Shown: piece by piece, positions 1 through 14,479 of the stretch
Position numbering within the stretch: the first letter of the stretch is position 1
Layout: every line of letters begins with the position of its first letter
DNA from: Camelus dromedarius
Taxonomy: Eukaryota
NCBI RefSeq assembly: GCF_036321535.1
Contig: NC_087437.1
Location: 72,728,001 to 72,792,000 of the forward strand
Reading direction: 5' to 3'
DNA: 64,000 nucleotides
Translations under genes and position numbers: made by a program
The notes under the pieces: generated by a model
The model's input: only the letters and a program-made list of their open reading frames with translations
Databases searched by the model: none
Told to the model about the DNA's origin: nothing

Positions 1-100
1 GTAACTCCCACCCACCCTCATCCCTGGAGAGTGCAAAAGGAAGCAATTATACGATTGGGGCAGAAGAAGTTGGGGAAGGAACAAATTGGAAACGCTTTTT

Positions 101-241
101 TATTTTATTTTTTGTGTGTAGGGGGAGGTAATTAGGTTTGTTTATTTGTTCATTTTATTTTTTAATGGAGGTACTGGGAATTGAACCCAGGACCTTGTGC
201 ATGCTAAGCATGTGCTCTACCACTGGGCTATACCCTCCCCC
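101..241 (-). mobile_element. tRNA-derived SINE (camelid Vic-1-like)
   Basis: Reverse complement GGGGAGGGTATAGCCCAGTGGTAGAGCACATGCTTAGCATGCACAAGGTCCTGGGTTCAATTCCCAGTACCTCC plus A-rich tail; imperfect TSD tggaaacgcttttt / tggcaacacttttt. Confidence 0.85.
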
Positions 242-2057
242 TGGCAACACTTTTTAAAAAGAAAGCCCTCAGGACAAGAGATTTGATATAAATGGTAGGC
301 TAGACACTTTGCTATATGTGACATCAACCCCATGGACTTGTCATTATTCCTCCCAATGTGTGGATGGGAAAACTAACTCAGGGAGGCTAATTAATGTGCC
401 AGAGCCACACAGCAAGTAAATCAGGGCTCAGCTCCAGCTCAGGTTGGTCTGAACGCAAAGCCCACGGCAGTCTGCAGGGGGCGCACTGCCATCTCCCGTG
501 GGTCCCCAGTGGAGGCTGTTTGGGAGGCACGTTCCTCGGTGATCAGGGATGACCTGAGGGGTGGCAGTGGCTGCTTCAATGCCAGGTGGAGGTATGGAAC
601 TGGGGCATAGTTCTTGGGTCCCACAAGATCTAGGGCACCAACCCCAAATGATGGTAATGATGATGGTTTAGCATAATTTCTCAAGGTCTCAACGCAAATA
701 AAATTAAAGCAAGAAAAAGCAGCTGGGGTCCAGAGTCCCCCATCAGTGTACAGATCAAGTTAAAATAATTATTGTTAAGATTCTGCGTAACACTGTGAAC
801 AGAAATCTGCCTCCTGTAATCAGTTCATTTCTAGTTAGTTATCAAGTAGACCTCCCTTGGAAAGAATCCCAGTATTCTGGCCTAACGAAATGTACCATCT
901 GCCTAGAACACAGCCTGCTTCAGAGCATGGTTTCCCAGACTTCTTCAACTATTTGTGAGATGGGATGGGGAGGTCTCTAAAAATACAAAATTTGAGGTCA
1001 GTCCCAGGAGAGACGAGTTCAGTAAGCCTGGGGGGTGGGGGTGGGGGGTTGGAGTTTATATTTTTAATAATCTCCCTGGGTGATATGCCATCAGGGAAGT
1101 CTAAGAAATATGAGTTTCTTCTGGTGACTCCCAACTAGACTAGTCATCAGAATTACCCAAGGATCTTGAAAATTCAGATTCTGGGATGATCTGTGATGAT
1201 GCGGATACAGCCAGACGGATAGGCAAGCACTGCCCCAGCAGCTTGGTTTTTAATTTTTAAAACTATCCCAAGGTCTGGCATGTGGTAAGTACTAGATTAA
1301 AGTTGTTAAGCAATAACTCCTCCCTTCAGAGATATCTTCCACAAAGTCAGATCATAACCGCAGCCACTGAAATGGCTGTGATCCAGGCTGGGAGCCTGCT
1401 CCGAGCCCTGGAAGCTTGGCATCCCTTTGCTTCTTGAAAGCAACCCCTAGATACTTTGGCAAGGCAGCCTGAAAACCACTGCTTAAGGCCATTCTGCCAA
1501 GGGAAAAAAAAGAAGAACAGTTCTAAAAGAACTACCAACTAGGTGCTGGGAATTTTCTAGATGCTGGGAGAGCAGAAATGAAACTGAGTCTGGGTGGTGA
1601 TCTATGAATAAGACCGCTGGCCATAGAAAGGAAGTGAGACAAGAAAAGAGAGGGGCCACATTTACACTAACGGCTCAGGATTTTAATCAGGCTCCTGGAC
1701 TCCTCTAGCCCCTAGCATAGGGGAGGCTAATATTAGTCTTGAAGTTGTAAAAAGAGATGGTGGCAGAGTAGCTTTTCCTGTCTCACCTGACAAACCTCTT
1801 CAGAGTCTCAAGAGGAACCAAAACCTTTACTAGAAGATACTGTGTCCTCTGTTTCCTGCATTATCACAAGGCAGTGTCTTCCCAGGTGTGATCTTACACC
1901 CCAGCTACCAAAATTCATCTCTGGGAAGAGGGACCAAGGGCTCTGCATTGTAAGGACCACCCCCAACTCCCATCCTAATCCAGGGTTTCTTATGCTCACA
2001 AATTTGAGTCTTATTACCCTAAAGATACTTGAACAAACATTTTGATCTCTTCAGACA

Positions 2058-2304
2058 ATGGTTACTGAAGGGGAAAGGGTGGGATGGACAAATTAGAGGT
2101 CGGTGATTAACCGATACATATTACTATATATAAAATAGATAAACAACAAGGACCTACTGTACAGCAGAGTGAACTACATTCAGTACCTTGTAATAACCTA
2201 TAATGGCAAAGAATCTGAAAAAGAATATATATGTATATGTATTACTGACTTACTTGGCTGTACACCTGAAACAAATATTGTAAACCAGCTACATGTCAAT
2301 AAAA
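2058..2304 (+). mobile_element. L1 3' end fragment (artiodactyl type)
   Basis: aaaatagataaacaacaaggacctactgtacagc...gctgtacacctgaaac...caataaaa, a typical L1 3' UTR; related short pieces near 11615-11685, 36395-36545 (minus) and 46435-46485. Confidence 0.8.
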
Positions 2305-2766
2305 TTTTTTTTTAATTTTATTCTCTTAATTTTTTTTATTACTTTAATGCTATCTTATGCATCTCTTTGGGAAGGAAAAATAAAAAGAAGTGTAAAGAGA
2401 AAGGAAAAAGGCCAGAGAAGGCATCTGGGTATGTAAATCCAGGTTGGACATTCTAATACTAAAGATCAGTCTTACACTCAAAACTCTGCTTCAGAGCTAC
2501 TTCTGTTTTGTTAGTCTTGACTCATCTTTGGAATATTGGGTTTTTTTTTTTAATCTTTCTGGGACTTATATAGAGAAAGTGGTCAGTGGATGAAGACACC
2601 ATTTCTTATTTCCCTGAGTAATAACTTAGGCATGGCTCCCAATTCTCCACTGAAGATAGAAAAACTATTGCTACAGATAAGGGAGAAATGTCAGAGGGCA
2701 GGTTGGGCTTGCTCTGTGGACTTTATTAATTTTTGTTGCTTGCCTCCCTGGAGAAACTCTGTAGGG

Positions 2767-2949
2767 CAGTGGCTCTCGAAGCAGGGTTCCCGGGCCAGCA
2801 GGAACACCCCAGAATTGGTAAGAAATGTAAATTCCTAGGCCCCAACCCATATTTAATACTTCTGAAACTCTGGAGCTAGGGTCCAGCAATCGGAGTTGTA
2901 ACAAGCCTACCAGATGATTCTGGTGCTCACTGGAGCCAGAGAACCAGTG
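2767..2949. mobile_element. MER5A-like hAT-Charlie MITE
   Basis: Terminal inverted repeats cagtggctctc...gagaaccagtg and internal tagaaatgtaaattc-type motifs. Confidence 0.7.
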
Positions 2950-3459
2950 CTGAAGGAAGAACCCGCCAAACGTTAAGTGTGAGCAGCACTTGGAGTAAAT
3001 GCAGTAAAGGCTGCTCTGATAGAAAAGGAGCTTCCAGCAACAGGTGTTTATTTCTGTGATGTCTCGAGTCACTACAGGTACCGTACCATATCCCCAGATA
3101 GCTCTCAAATCAGGTGAAATGTCTCTTCTGTTCTTGCTGCTGAGGAATGACACACACAGTGACACCTCCCAGAGAAGACATTTGGACCTTCCAGGCACTC
3201 TGCCCCTGATGTAAACCAGGCTCCTCAACACCCAGTCATCAAGGAGGGGAACAGTGAGGCAGGACGAAACCACGTGTCTGCATCCTTGCCACTGGATGAT
3301 GGAGAAGAGCAATCAGATCTGACTGATCTTTGAGTCTTGCCTGCTCTGACATTCTAGAATTCTAGGTGTCTAGTGCTCATTACCTATTTATGCACAGGAA
3401 CCAAAAGGGCTACTTGCTGTTGGACTGACAACAGAGGAAGAAAAGTCCACATTTATCGG

Positions 3460-3660
3460 GTTATCTCTTAGCCAAGCATTGTGTTAGGCATTTTATACAT
3501 TTACTTCTTGCAAGAATCCTGCAAGGGAGGTGCTAGACCTGTTTGCAGAGAAGGGAACTGAGGCTCTGAGAAGCTAAGCAGCTTAACCAAGGTCACAGAG
3601 CTAGTATGTAGCTAAAGTGTTTCAACCCACCCACCTAATTCCAAAACTCATGCTCTTTCC
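3460..3660. mobile_element. MIR SINE relic
   Basis: aactgaggctctgaga...aaccaaggtcacagagctagta core; other MIR-like pieces near 4000-4190, 6195-6450, 14000-14190 and 57640-57830. Confidence 0.6.
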
Positions 3661-6600
3661 GCAGTATCAAAGTCATCCAGGTGTGAGATGGGGAAAGCAA
3701 TAATATATCCTGGGGAAAGGCATAGAGGGTAATGACCACGAGGTGGGAAAAACTCAGTAAGAAGACTCATAAAGGCAGTCTCTCATTTTGGAGAATGGCC
3801 AATGAGGTGACACGCTACAGGTGACAGAGGGGCAACCCTACCAGCCGCTGTGTGAAGCTGTTAATGAAGTCCGTTTGTTCCAAGACAGACTATGTGACCT
3901 TACCCCTTGCTCCTACTGCTCTCATTTTCCATCAGTCTTAAAAAAAAGCCAACGACAATAGTCATTTTTACATTGCCACCACACGTGATGCTCGACTCTT
4001 GCCAGCACTATGGTGAGCACTTTCAATGCATGATCTCATTCGCTCCCCATATCAACCTTATGAAATCAATACTATCATCCCCATTTTACAGCAAAGAAAA
4101 TCGAAGCTTAGGAAAGTTCATTGGTAAGTGATGGAACAGAGGTTTGAACCCGGCAGTCTAATTTCTGACTTAGGAGCCTGCACACTTCTACCCTCCAGGG
4201 TGAGCTCTCTCTGCAGTCCTTCTGACCAACACACTCACTCTCATGTTCTGTTTTACACACACACATGCACACACACACGCACACATCCCTCCTTTCCTGG
4301 CTCCTCGCTTTCCCTCCTCCCTCCTTTCCCTACACAGAAGAGATGCTGAAACCTAACCTCCACTGCGCTCTCTTGAGCTGAGACGGCCCCGCCCACCCTT
4401 TTCTAGGACCCCGGGGGCAAATCCCAAAGTAACCCACCAGGCATCCACCTTCTCTCGTCCACAAGAAAGACCTCCCCTGTCCCCTTCCCTGCTCTAAGCC
4501 GCCCTTACGTCTCCCCCATCACTGAAAGGAGCTGGTCACCCAGCTTCCTCAGAGGGGAACGTCAGTAACCTCGTTTGTATCCCTGTGGTTGGGTTGTTTT
4601 CTGGAACATTCAGTCCTGGGTTCCTCCTTGAAGCCTTGAACCTTTTATTCTGGTTGACCCCGAGTCCATTCTAAGCATTTCACCTTGTGTCTAAAAAAAG
4701 GTTTCAGGATAGAGGGTACATCTGGAGCTTGTCTATCTAAACAGTAAGAAGACATTTGGCAAGCCCGGGCTCCTGCGGCTTTATTCGGCCGTGACTCAAG
4801 AGCAGCGTGGAGTCCCTGGGCAGCCGTGGATAAGCACAGCCCTACTTAGAAAGATGGCGAGCAGGGGAGACCGAAGACCCAGAGCTGCGGAGTATAAAAA
4901 GCCTGCAGAGGAGGAAAAGAAAGATTCAAGAGAGAAGGACTGGCCCCTCCAAGCCACGGCCACCATGACTGCGATGTGTGGAATCAGGAGTGAATGTGAA
5001 TAATCTAATACGTAAGCACAGCACTAAAACCACAGCCAGGGTGCAGAAGAGGAGGGAGAACGAGATGGCGAGTCGAAGAGCTGTGCGCACAAACCCTCGG
5101 ACACCTCCCGTGCACACAGGCACCGCAACACACGCCAGCCCTGCACACAGCGTCCCTTTGATTTCAGCTTATTCATCCCCATGTTCCCAGGCGACAACCA
5201 GCTCTGGCAGAAGGACCCAGCCTCGGGCACTGGTCCCTGCTGTTGTCGAACGCGTCTCGCTGCTGGGCTCGCTCAAGGCCGCCACCCCTCCCCCTTTCTC
5301 TGCTCAAAGCAACCCACTTTCCTTCCTCTTGCCCCACTGGAAACCACCTCTGGCCTGAGCTTCAGACAGCGCTTTTGGAGAATACCAAGTATCCCCTTCA
5401 AATCATAGAGTGAATCTCCCAAACCTAAGTCCCGGTTCCCCTCCATAGGGGTGGGGGCGGGGCGGAGCACCAGAACCTGGGGCCTCTACAGGACGTTTGG
5501 ACTCTCCCAAGCATCTGCTTCCCCTGTTGCCAGCTATCCCTACCTGCTGCGTGACCTGTCTACAGCCGCTCAGCCACAGCGCCCTGGGAGAGGTCTCCTT
5601 CCTCCTTTCCTTTAAAGCCCCACCCTTCTTTGCCCTGAGAATGAGAGCCCTCCGTGTCTGCCCTGTTCCCTTTTCCCAGGAGCAATACCCTGCCCTGGAC
5701 TCCACGTGTCCACTACCCGATCTCAGACTACTGCAGTCACACTCATGTCTCTCAACCTCCCTCTTTCCTAAGAGGTGCCCTAATGCACAGGACTGGGGCA
5801 GGTGGTGTAGACGTCCACTTACTCTGCTTATTAGGAACCACTGCACCCCACCCGCTTCTCCTTCACTGCTAGCACCTCCTGGGTATAAAGTTCACCTGTG
5901 TGGTCTTTGGGAAAAGGGGAAAGGCAAACAACGCATCCTCAGAACAGAAAAGTACCCTCTGGATCCCCACCTCCCACAGAGGTCCCAGTTTCTTCCTCTA
6001 CCTACACACTTCCTGCATGTGGGGGGCCTCCCTGGGTCCCCTCCCATTCACACACACCTCCTGGTATGGGGCCTCTAACCTTGTGTCCCACAGAGCCCTG
6101 AATCATCCTTCCCTTCCTCTTCATCTCATTAGTCTCTGCTATGACTCAGCCACACACTCATGGTGCAGGTGAAGGAAACAGTGTCCTGGCCCCGGCACGG
6201 CAGTTTGGTTAAAGTTCCCTTCTTTGGCATCATAGAGCCTGGGTTTGAGTCCTGGTTCTGCTACTTACTAGTTGGTCATATGATCTATACAAGTAATCAT
6301 ACAAGTAACCATGGGCAAGCTTCAGTCTCATCACCTTTGTGATGGGGAATTTATAACACCTCCTGGACTTGTTAGGAGAATTGATTGGCATTATGCAGAA
6401 AAGCCCCAGTACCGTGCCTAGTGTATAGGAAAATATCGATAAGCAGTAGCTATTTTTATTAGCAAGGAAAAATCATCATAGTTTTGACCTAAAAAGCAAG
6501 GACCAAGTCACAACTGTGACATTCCATGGGGATTTGGAGGCAAGTGTTCATGAAGGCCAATGGCCTGGCCTGAAGGTCTGAATATATGAGTTTCTAAATA

Positions 6601-7443
6601 ATGGCAAAACATTATTGATAAACTGATTGGCGTCTTACGATTTTAACTACTCATTTGTGAAGGAAACGGGAACTGCCAGCTCTCTGTATGACACAGAGGG
6701 GGTGAGAATAAAGGAATTAAGGTTGTTTAGTTGGATGATTCTCTGTTAGAAATCGTCTGAATGCCCCTTAAAATACCATTGTCTCTTGATCACAGGGAAG
6801 TCAGCCCATTCTCACTGTCAGCAGAGCCATTTGGGTCACTGCCTTGGGTATCCTATTGGTTGGGCCAGTGACTGAGGACAGCCAGTGACAATAAGGATGA
6901 GAGCACAGATGGGTCCATGCCTCCGGGTGGGCCTGATGTGGGTAGAACAGTCACACCGGTGGGTGTGCACATCTGGGCTCAGGGGGACACTAAGGTCTGT
7001 GACCATAGGTCCCAAATTCTCTGGCGATATCTCCATTCACATCATTTCCCCCAATAACGCTGGACCATTAAATACGTCCAGAAACTTGATTTCTTTTTTA
7101 TGCCTTGTTAGATTTCTTATGTCAATTCACAAATATGAAAGGAAAAAGTCATTTGTCACCCTCTCTGAGAAATTACACATCTGGAAGTTATAGTCACCAA
7201 GCTGCCAGGTAACCATTTAATAAAAGGGTGGGGAGTTATTTATTTCTTGGATTGAATGACAAAATTGCAGTAGGCAGCTTTGTCTATAAGCCCGGCTGCG
7301 GGTGAGTCAGAAGCAAACTCGCTGCCCCCTTCTCCTCCGGCAGCTTTCATTTGTGGGCTCAGAGTACATGATGGGAGGGGTAAGAGAAATGAGAGGCATC
7401 CACGTAACCATATTAGCTTCCTCTCCACGGAGGCTTCTGTTTA

Positions 7444-7950
<507 letters not shown>

Positions 7951-8982
7951 TTAGCCCCCGCGGGGCACAGCCCACAGGTTAGGGCATGGGCAAATCTTGC
8001 ACCCCAGGAAGGCATGGGCTCTGGGCTGGGGGGCCAGGCTACCATACCCAGCCCTAAAGACCCAGGCGACCCCACTCTCAGGGCTGCTCCTGACTGCAGT
8101 GCGTTCAGTAGCCTAGGAATCCTCTTCTCCCCTCGCTCCTCCCTTCCTTTTTCTGGGTGAGGGAAAGAATGTTTACAGAGAGGGAATGATGTGCAGTGAT
8201 GAGGCCATGATTTCAGACTTTCAATGGAGGGATGAGTTAGGGATTCCCAGGAGAGGCTGAAGGATAGAGTCTAACATTATTTCTTCTATCAAAAGGCAGG
8301 TCAGAATCAGGCTTCAATAACTCATCCGGTAAGGGCTAGTGATGTGTAAAAGAACTGAACGGGGTACCCTCCTCCCAGAAACCTATAACCCAAGTGCTGG
8401 GCACAATCCAACAGACGCGTGGGCTAGCATTATGTAACAGTAAGCACAGCCTGTGAGGAAAGACAGGCTTGTTGGAATCAGCAGAGCCTGTGGTACCCAA
8501 CCCCCTAAACACACAGGAGGATCTCCATAGAAAAGCAGTTATCAAATAAGGATTCCCTTCAGTTTCATGAGAACAAATCCATTCAACAGACAGGCATTGA
8601 GCATTCCCAAGGAGTACGGCTCCAGGAAGGATGGAAGGTGGTTAGTCCTCCCCCTCCACCCCTTCCTTTGTTTTACTATGTAACCAACCTATTCCCCTGG
8701 GGGAAGGGATGGCCCCAGAGGAGCTGATACACCAAGAAGACTGGAGAGATCTCAGAGAAATGCTTATCTCTATTCTCATTGGAAAGAGCAAAAGGGCTTT
8801 GAACTGGCCAACAACTCAGGAGGAAGCTGCGATATCTGGGATGGGTGGAGAATCCTCTAATCTGGCGAGGGAATTGTGCAGGGAGCACAGATCTTCCAAT
8901 CGCGAAGAAATAAAGGCATCCCCGTCCTCTCCCCGTGAGACAGAGCTTGGCAGCCGCAGCTGCTCCCGCAGCCTCACGTTCA

Positions 8983-9700
<718 letters not shown>

Positions 9701-11782
9701 ATTTTCTCATGGCTGAGGAGGGTCAAACCAGGGCCGTTGCTAAGAGCCGTCCAAAAAGCCAGCCCTCTGGTATGTCAGTCAAGGCCGCCCGCCTCCCTCC
9801 CTCTGAGAGCTGCTTTCTCAGGCACACAATTCCTTCCCCTTCTCTGGGGGACGGCCGATTGGACACCAGGCCAGAGCACAGCTGCACAGGGGATGGGGTT
9901 TGGGGGAAGGTCCATTGTGTCAGCTGTCCATCTGTCAGGACTTGCCAAACCACTTTCCCCCTGCCTTGAGGGAACAGTTGTCTGGCAGGGCGGGAGGGGC
10001 CGAGCTGAGAGCTGCAACCATGAACTTGTTCAGCTGCCAACCAGATTTGATCCAGAAACTTCCATCCTGGTGGGAAACTGTTGTGCCTCAGTTTGACTTA
10101 GTAAAGGAATGTAGCGTTTTAACACAATTTTTTAACCGAAAAGACACTGAGAGCACATTTTATAAATTACATGGAGCTCAATGCACTAAGAACTCTTGAA
10201 GCGAAAGGTTTGGTTAGAGCATAACGATTGCATCTGTTTATCTTAGTTAAGGACCAGGAAGGCACAACTGACACACTGTCCGTGGGAACTGAGTGTTTGG
10301 TGCGAACAAACAAGACCACAGGAGAAATCATGAGACCTAAGTTGGCCTGAAATTTTTATAACTGCTGGAGGGCTTGGCAGTTTGTCTTCCCAGACTGTAA
10401 CATGCTTGGGGGTAGAGATTGAGTCTTGTTGGTGTTGTCTAAGTCTCTGGGTAATTTTCATGAGAAAAACACCACACATTTTGTTCTTTGGTCCATTCAA
10501 CATTTTCTCTTTTTTTTTTTTTTGAGCACTTAACTCTGCCAAGTATTATACTGGAGAGAAATAAAATGATTTTTTTCCTTGAGAAAAGAATGATCAATTG
10601 ATTCAGGAACATTAGCACAAACAATTCTAGGACATGGGATAGTGATTTTTCTCCCTGTGGGAAATTGATGAGAAGCTATGCAGGAAATGACCCCAAATAA
10701 TACATGTATTGAGAAAAATCTCCTGCCGGATGGGACCTGGACTTGAGAAAATTTAATTACTCAGTAGATATGTGGGTGGTTTGCCTGAGAAAAGACTTAG
10801 CGGTCAGTAGCTGAAGGCACAAAAGAGAGAATGCTGTAAAAAACAAATGCTCGTGAGAGAATCAGAGATTTGAGGAGAGCAGAAGGTTTAGGAAAAGGCA
10901 TGAGAAGGGCTGGCGAAGGGCTGGCGAAGGGTGGGCCTGGATGCTGCCTGGAATCGTGAGGAAGCTCTGAAGAGAGCAGAGCTGGCTCTGGAGGCTTGGA
11001 GCTGAAGGGAGGAGTTTAGAGCAGGGAAAATGTCAGCAGAATTTCAGAAGTCACTCAGCTGCATCTTGGGTGGCCGCAAGAAGGTCACTTCTAACCTGGG
11101 ACTAAGGAAACAGAGACCCAGACAGAAAGCATGTTACTTCCTCCTTGGCTTGGAATTGCTCTGGGGGAGATGTCAGTTTGTTATCTCAAGTCAAAAACAA
11201 TTCTAAAAGATGTACCTTTGCCTCCCCCCCCCTTTTTTTTTTCCAGACTGTTTTACAGATTTTTGTACCCAGAGGTTTTTTTCCCATTGTAACAAAATAT
11301 GTGGGGTGCTGTAAGTGAATGATCAAAATCACGGCTCTGGAGAGGATACAGTGGCAAAGAGGGGTGTCCATGCAAGGCATAGGTTAGAAGTGTCCAAAAA
11401 TCCACAGGAAGTCTTTAGAGAAAAAAACCGCTTGATCCCCTGGGGACTGACAGTGGAAATTGGCTCAATTTTCCATTTCCTGAATGCCTTTTAATATTAT
11501 AGTTAATTATTTCAACAATTTTTTAAAGGGTCTATGTATCTGAGATTAAAAAATAGAATGAATGAGACATGACAGCATGGTCTAGTAGCAAATTAAACTT
11601 GTAAACAATAAATGAATCACTATGCTGTACACCAGAGACTAATACAACTTTGTAAATCAACTATACTTCAATTTTTTAAAAAAAGGTAAAAATATTCTAG
11701 TGTCAACAAAGGAAGGGTTAAAAGGAAGAGCCACACAGAAGGAAAACTATAGCTGGAATGTCAGGCAGGCTACAGATCTTCA

Positions 11783-12177
11783 AATAGTGTGCTTGCAAGT
11801 GTCCATGATTAAATTTTCAGGAATTTTGAAAGCCAGTTGTTAAACTCAGCCACCATAAGCAATTAAATGATGTAAATTTATATTTGAATAAATTATATCA
11901 CAAAAAAGTCACTGCCTAATTTATTTTGCTGTATTTGACTATCTCCCATGTTTTTAAACATATTTATGTTTATTGTCTCTATATTGTGTATATACTATAT
12001 AATGGGCTACTGGTTGTTTATTTCCAGCTTCCTTGTGTTCAGTGATGTCACTGTGGCAGCTTGAAATCAGCTATGATGGGAATATTTATGCCATAGATTT
12101 TGGCAAACGTTATAAATCTGGGCTTTTTTTCCCCCTGGGAAGATAGTTGTTAAATATTTACTAGCCTTGCCACTGGA
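11783..12177. mobile_element. MER63-like hAT DNA transposon relic
   Basis: End reads (reverse) ccagtggcaaggctagtaaatatttaacaac; internal ggcagcttgaaatcagc; boundaries approximate. Confidence 0.55.
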
Positions 12178-14479
12178 CTTAATGTATTGTGCAAAAGAGT
12201 TTGAGTGTTTTCACAGGGAAAGAGAACAATCAGATCTGATTTGGGCGAAGGAAAAGGAGATGGTTAAGTGGTTAGAATGACTCACAGCCTGGACTTGTAT
12301 AACAGGGGTTATACATTTATTGTAAGGGGACTGATAGGTGGAGGGGAGATCAAGGCAGAAAGATAATAGGGCTTATTGCATTTGGGAGGGCTGCCACTGT
12401 CAATCTCAGTCATTAGGCAGTTGGTTTTATGCATCTGGAGCTTAAGAGAAAAGTCTGGAGTACAGGAACGTACTTGAATCATCTGCATGCAGGTAGCAAT
12501 TAAAACCAGGAGCGTGGGTGAAGTTGCTCAAGGTGAGGAAGCTGCGTGAGAGTCGTGACGAGGCTGGAGCGGAGGGAATATGAACATTACAAGGTGGGTA
12601 AGGAGATGAGGGAGCATGTCAGGGATGCCTGGGGATAAACAATGTCACTACAAAGCTCCTGATCTCAATGGTCCTTTGAGAGAGGGAGGTTGGCATCTAA
12701 ACACAATTTCAAAGCAGTAAGTTCTATCAAAAAGGCGTGAGCAGAGTGCTGTTCATGGGAGAGCACAGAGGACCTAGCGACAAAATTCTTGGACAGAGAG
12801 ATGAGGATGAGTCAGGAAAGGCTTTACTGAAAAGCTAAGATTTGAGCTTCTTTTCTAGTAAAAGTTTATCTGTCAGTAAAAATCTGAAAGCCCAAGAAAA
12901 GAGTCCATCTGGGAAGGATAATTTCCTCAAAAGACACATTTGGTTAAAAACAATTTCCTGCATTTTTCTAGGTATATTCTCTAAATGCACCAACACATAA
13001 CATCTTTTCATCAAATCAAATCATACCTACTACATGATGATGCTTCTAAACTAAAAAGTTACCTTAGATCTGTAATTAAAGGGGATTTTAAAAAGCTATG
13101 TCTAAATCCTGCCCTTCTTTCTTTAGGAAATTAGTTTTGGGTGGTTTTTTTTTTTTTTTTTTTTTGACAGTTTCAAATGTAATGAAAATTCGACACATCC
13201 CCTTTGGGCACTGCCTCCAGAACGGCTATCTTGCAAGCAATGTTCTCCTTGCTCTCTATCTCTGTGCTTTATAAAACTCAGCCTTGCCTGAAGCTCTTTT
13301 CCTCCGCTCCTCCTCACAGAACTTTCTATTGGCTGCTCAGAGAAGAGCATACTGTGTAGATTTGAGTCTGGAAATGCCTCCAAGCTCAACAGATGCTGCC
13401 AAAGCAAATGTATTCCGTGGCCTCACTAGTCATCCCCTTCGTGGGCATTGGCTTCATCACCTTCCGCAGCATGTGCTGAGACTGTTTAGAGGGTTCATGT
13501 CGTTTTTAAGTCAATGCTGGAGTTCCAGAGGCACTCTGGGCTGCTGGCTTTTCAAGCATTTTCCGTGTCACTGAATCTATGGCATGGAGTGGTTTTAGGA
13601 CAAAAAAGAGCTTTGGGAGAAAGTAGAAAGGAACAGTAAAGTAATTAACAATGTCCTAGAATACACTAAATCTCACTGCTTCAAACTCATTTGGAATTTG
13701 TGATGTTAACCTCTGCAAAGCAAAATTAAAATTTAAGACAGCTTTTCTTATCTTTAGACAATGAAAGATCCTCCCCCTCCCTTTTCCTAGCAGTTGGGCA
13801 TTTGAAAGGATATCATACAGTTAATATTCCAATTTGGGGTCTTGGAGTTAAGAAGGTCCAATCCAGTTCAGCTTTAGAAGCCCTGCTGCACACTTGCCTG
13901 CGTCCACTTTCCTTCCTAAACCTCCATGAACTGTGTCTTTCAGTTTCTCAGTGGACTGTGCTTGTGCATATTAAAAAATACAAGTGAAAAGGTAGTGACT
14001 CCCATGTGTCATTGTGCTAAATGTGTTGTGCTTAATCCTTACACTTTATGATATAGTTTTATATTATGGCCTTTTACAGATGAAGAAGCCTCAGGGAGGT
14101 TAAGTAAATGGCTGTCACAGGGCTAGTAAATGGTGAGCCAGGACTGAAACCCAAACACTAGGGTCTTTGTCTTTAACCACTGTATGTACTGCCTCTACAG
14201 ATGTACTGTAAGTCGCTAATCATACTTATCACACCTTATTATAATTATGTTTACCCCTAGAAAACTCTCACGGACAGGGGCCCTTTCTGCTTCATCTTTC
14301 TAATCGTGCCTGTCAGTGTCTGGATGGCGTCCGCCCTTGAACCACCCTGCCATCCTTCCACAACCCGCTTGAAGACGGTTTGTGTATTTTTGGTTTGTAA
14401 GTGATTTTTGTTCAATATAAAAGATAACTCCTAGGTTGTATTTTATTGCCCTGTAGGATATTAATCTGCTTTGGATGTG

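Noticed and set aside
166..241. tRNA-like sequence with A and B boxes
   Set aside because: A-rich tail, TSDs and multiple diverged copies identify it as a SINE, not a tRNA gene.
2671..3312. 213-aa minus-strand ORF
   Set aside because: Intronic, partly spans a MER5A relic, and has no recognisable domain or exon structure.
5497..6078. 193-aa plus-strand ORF and overlapping ORFs
   Set aside because: GC-rich low-stop sequence with no recognisable protein features.
10276..10292. RE1/REST-like motif upstream of neuronal TAGLN3 (TCAGTTCC-CAC-GGACAG)
   Set aside because: Left half has two mismatches and the spacer is 3 rather than 2 nt.
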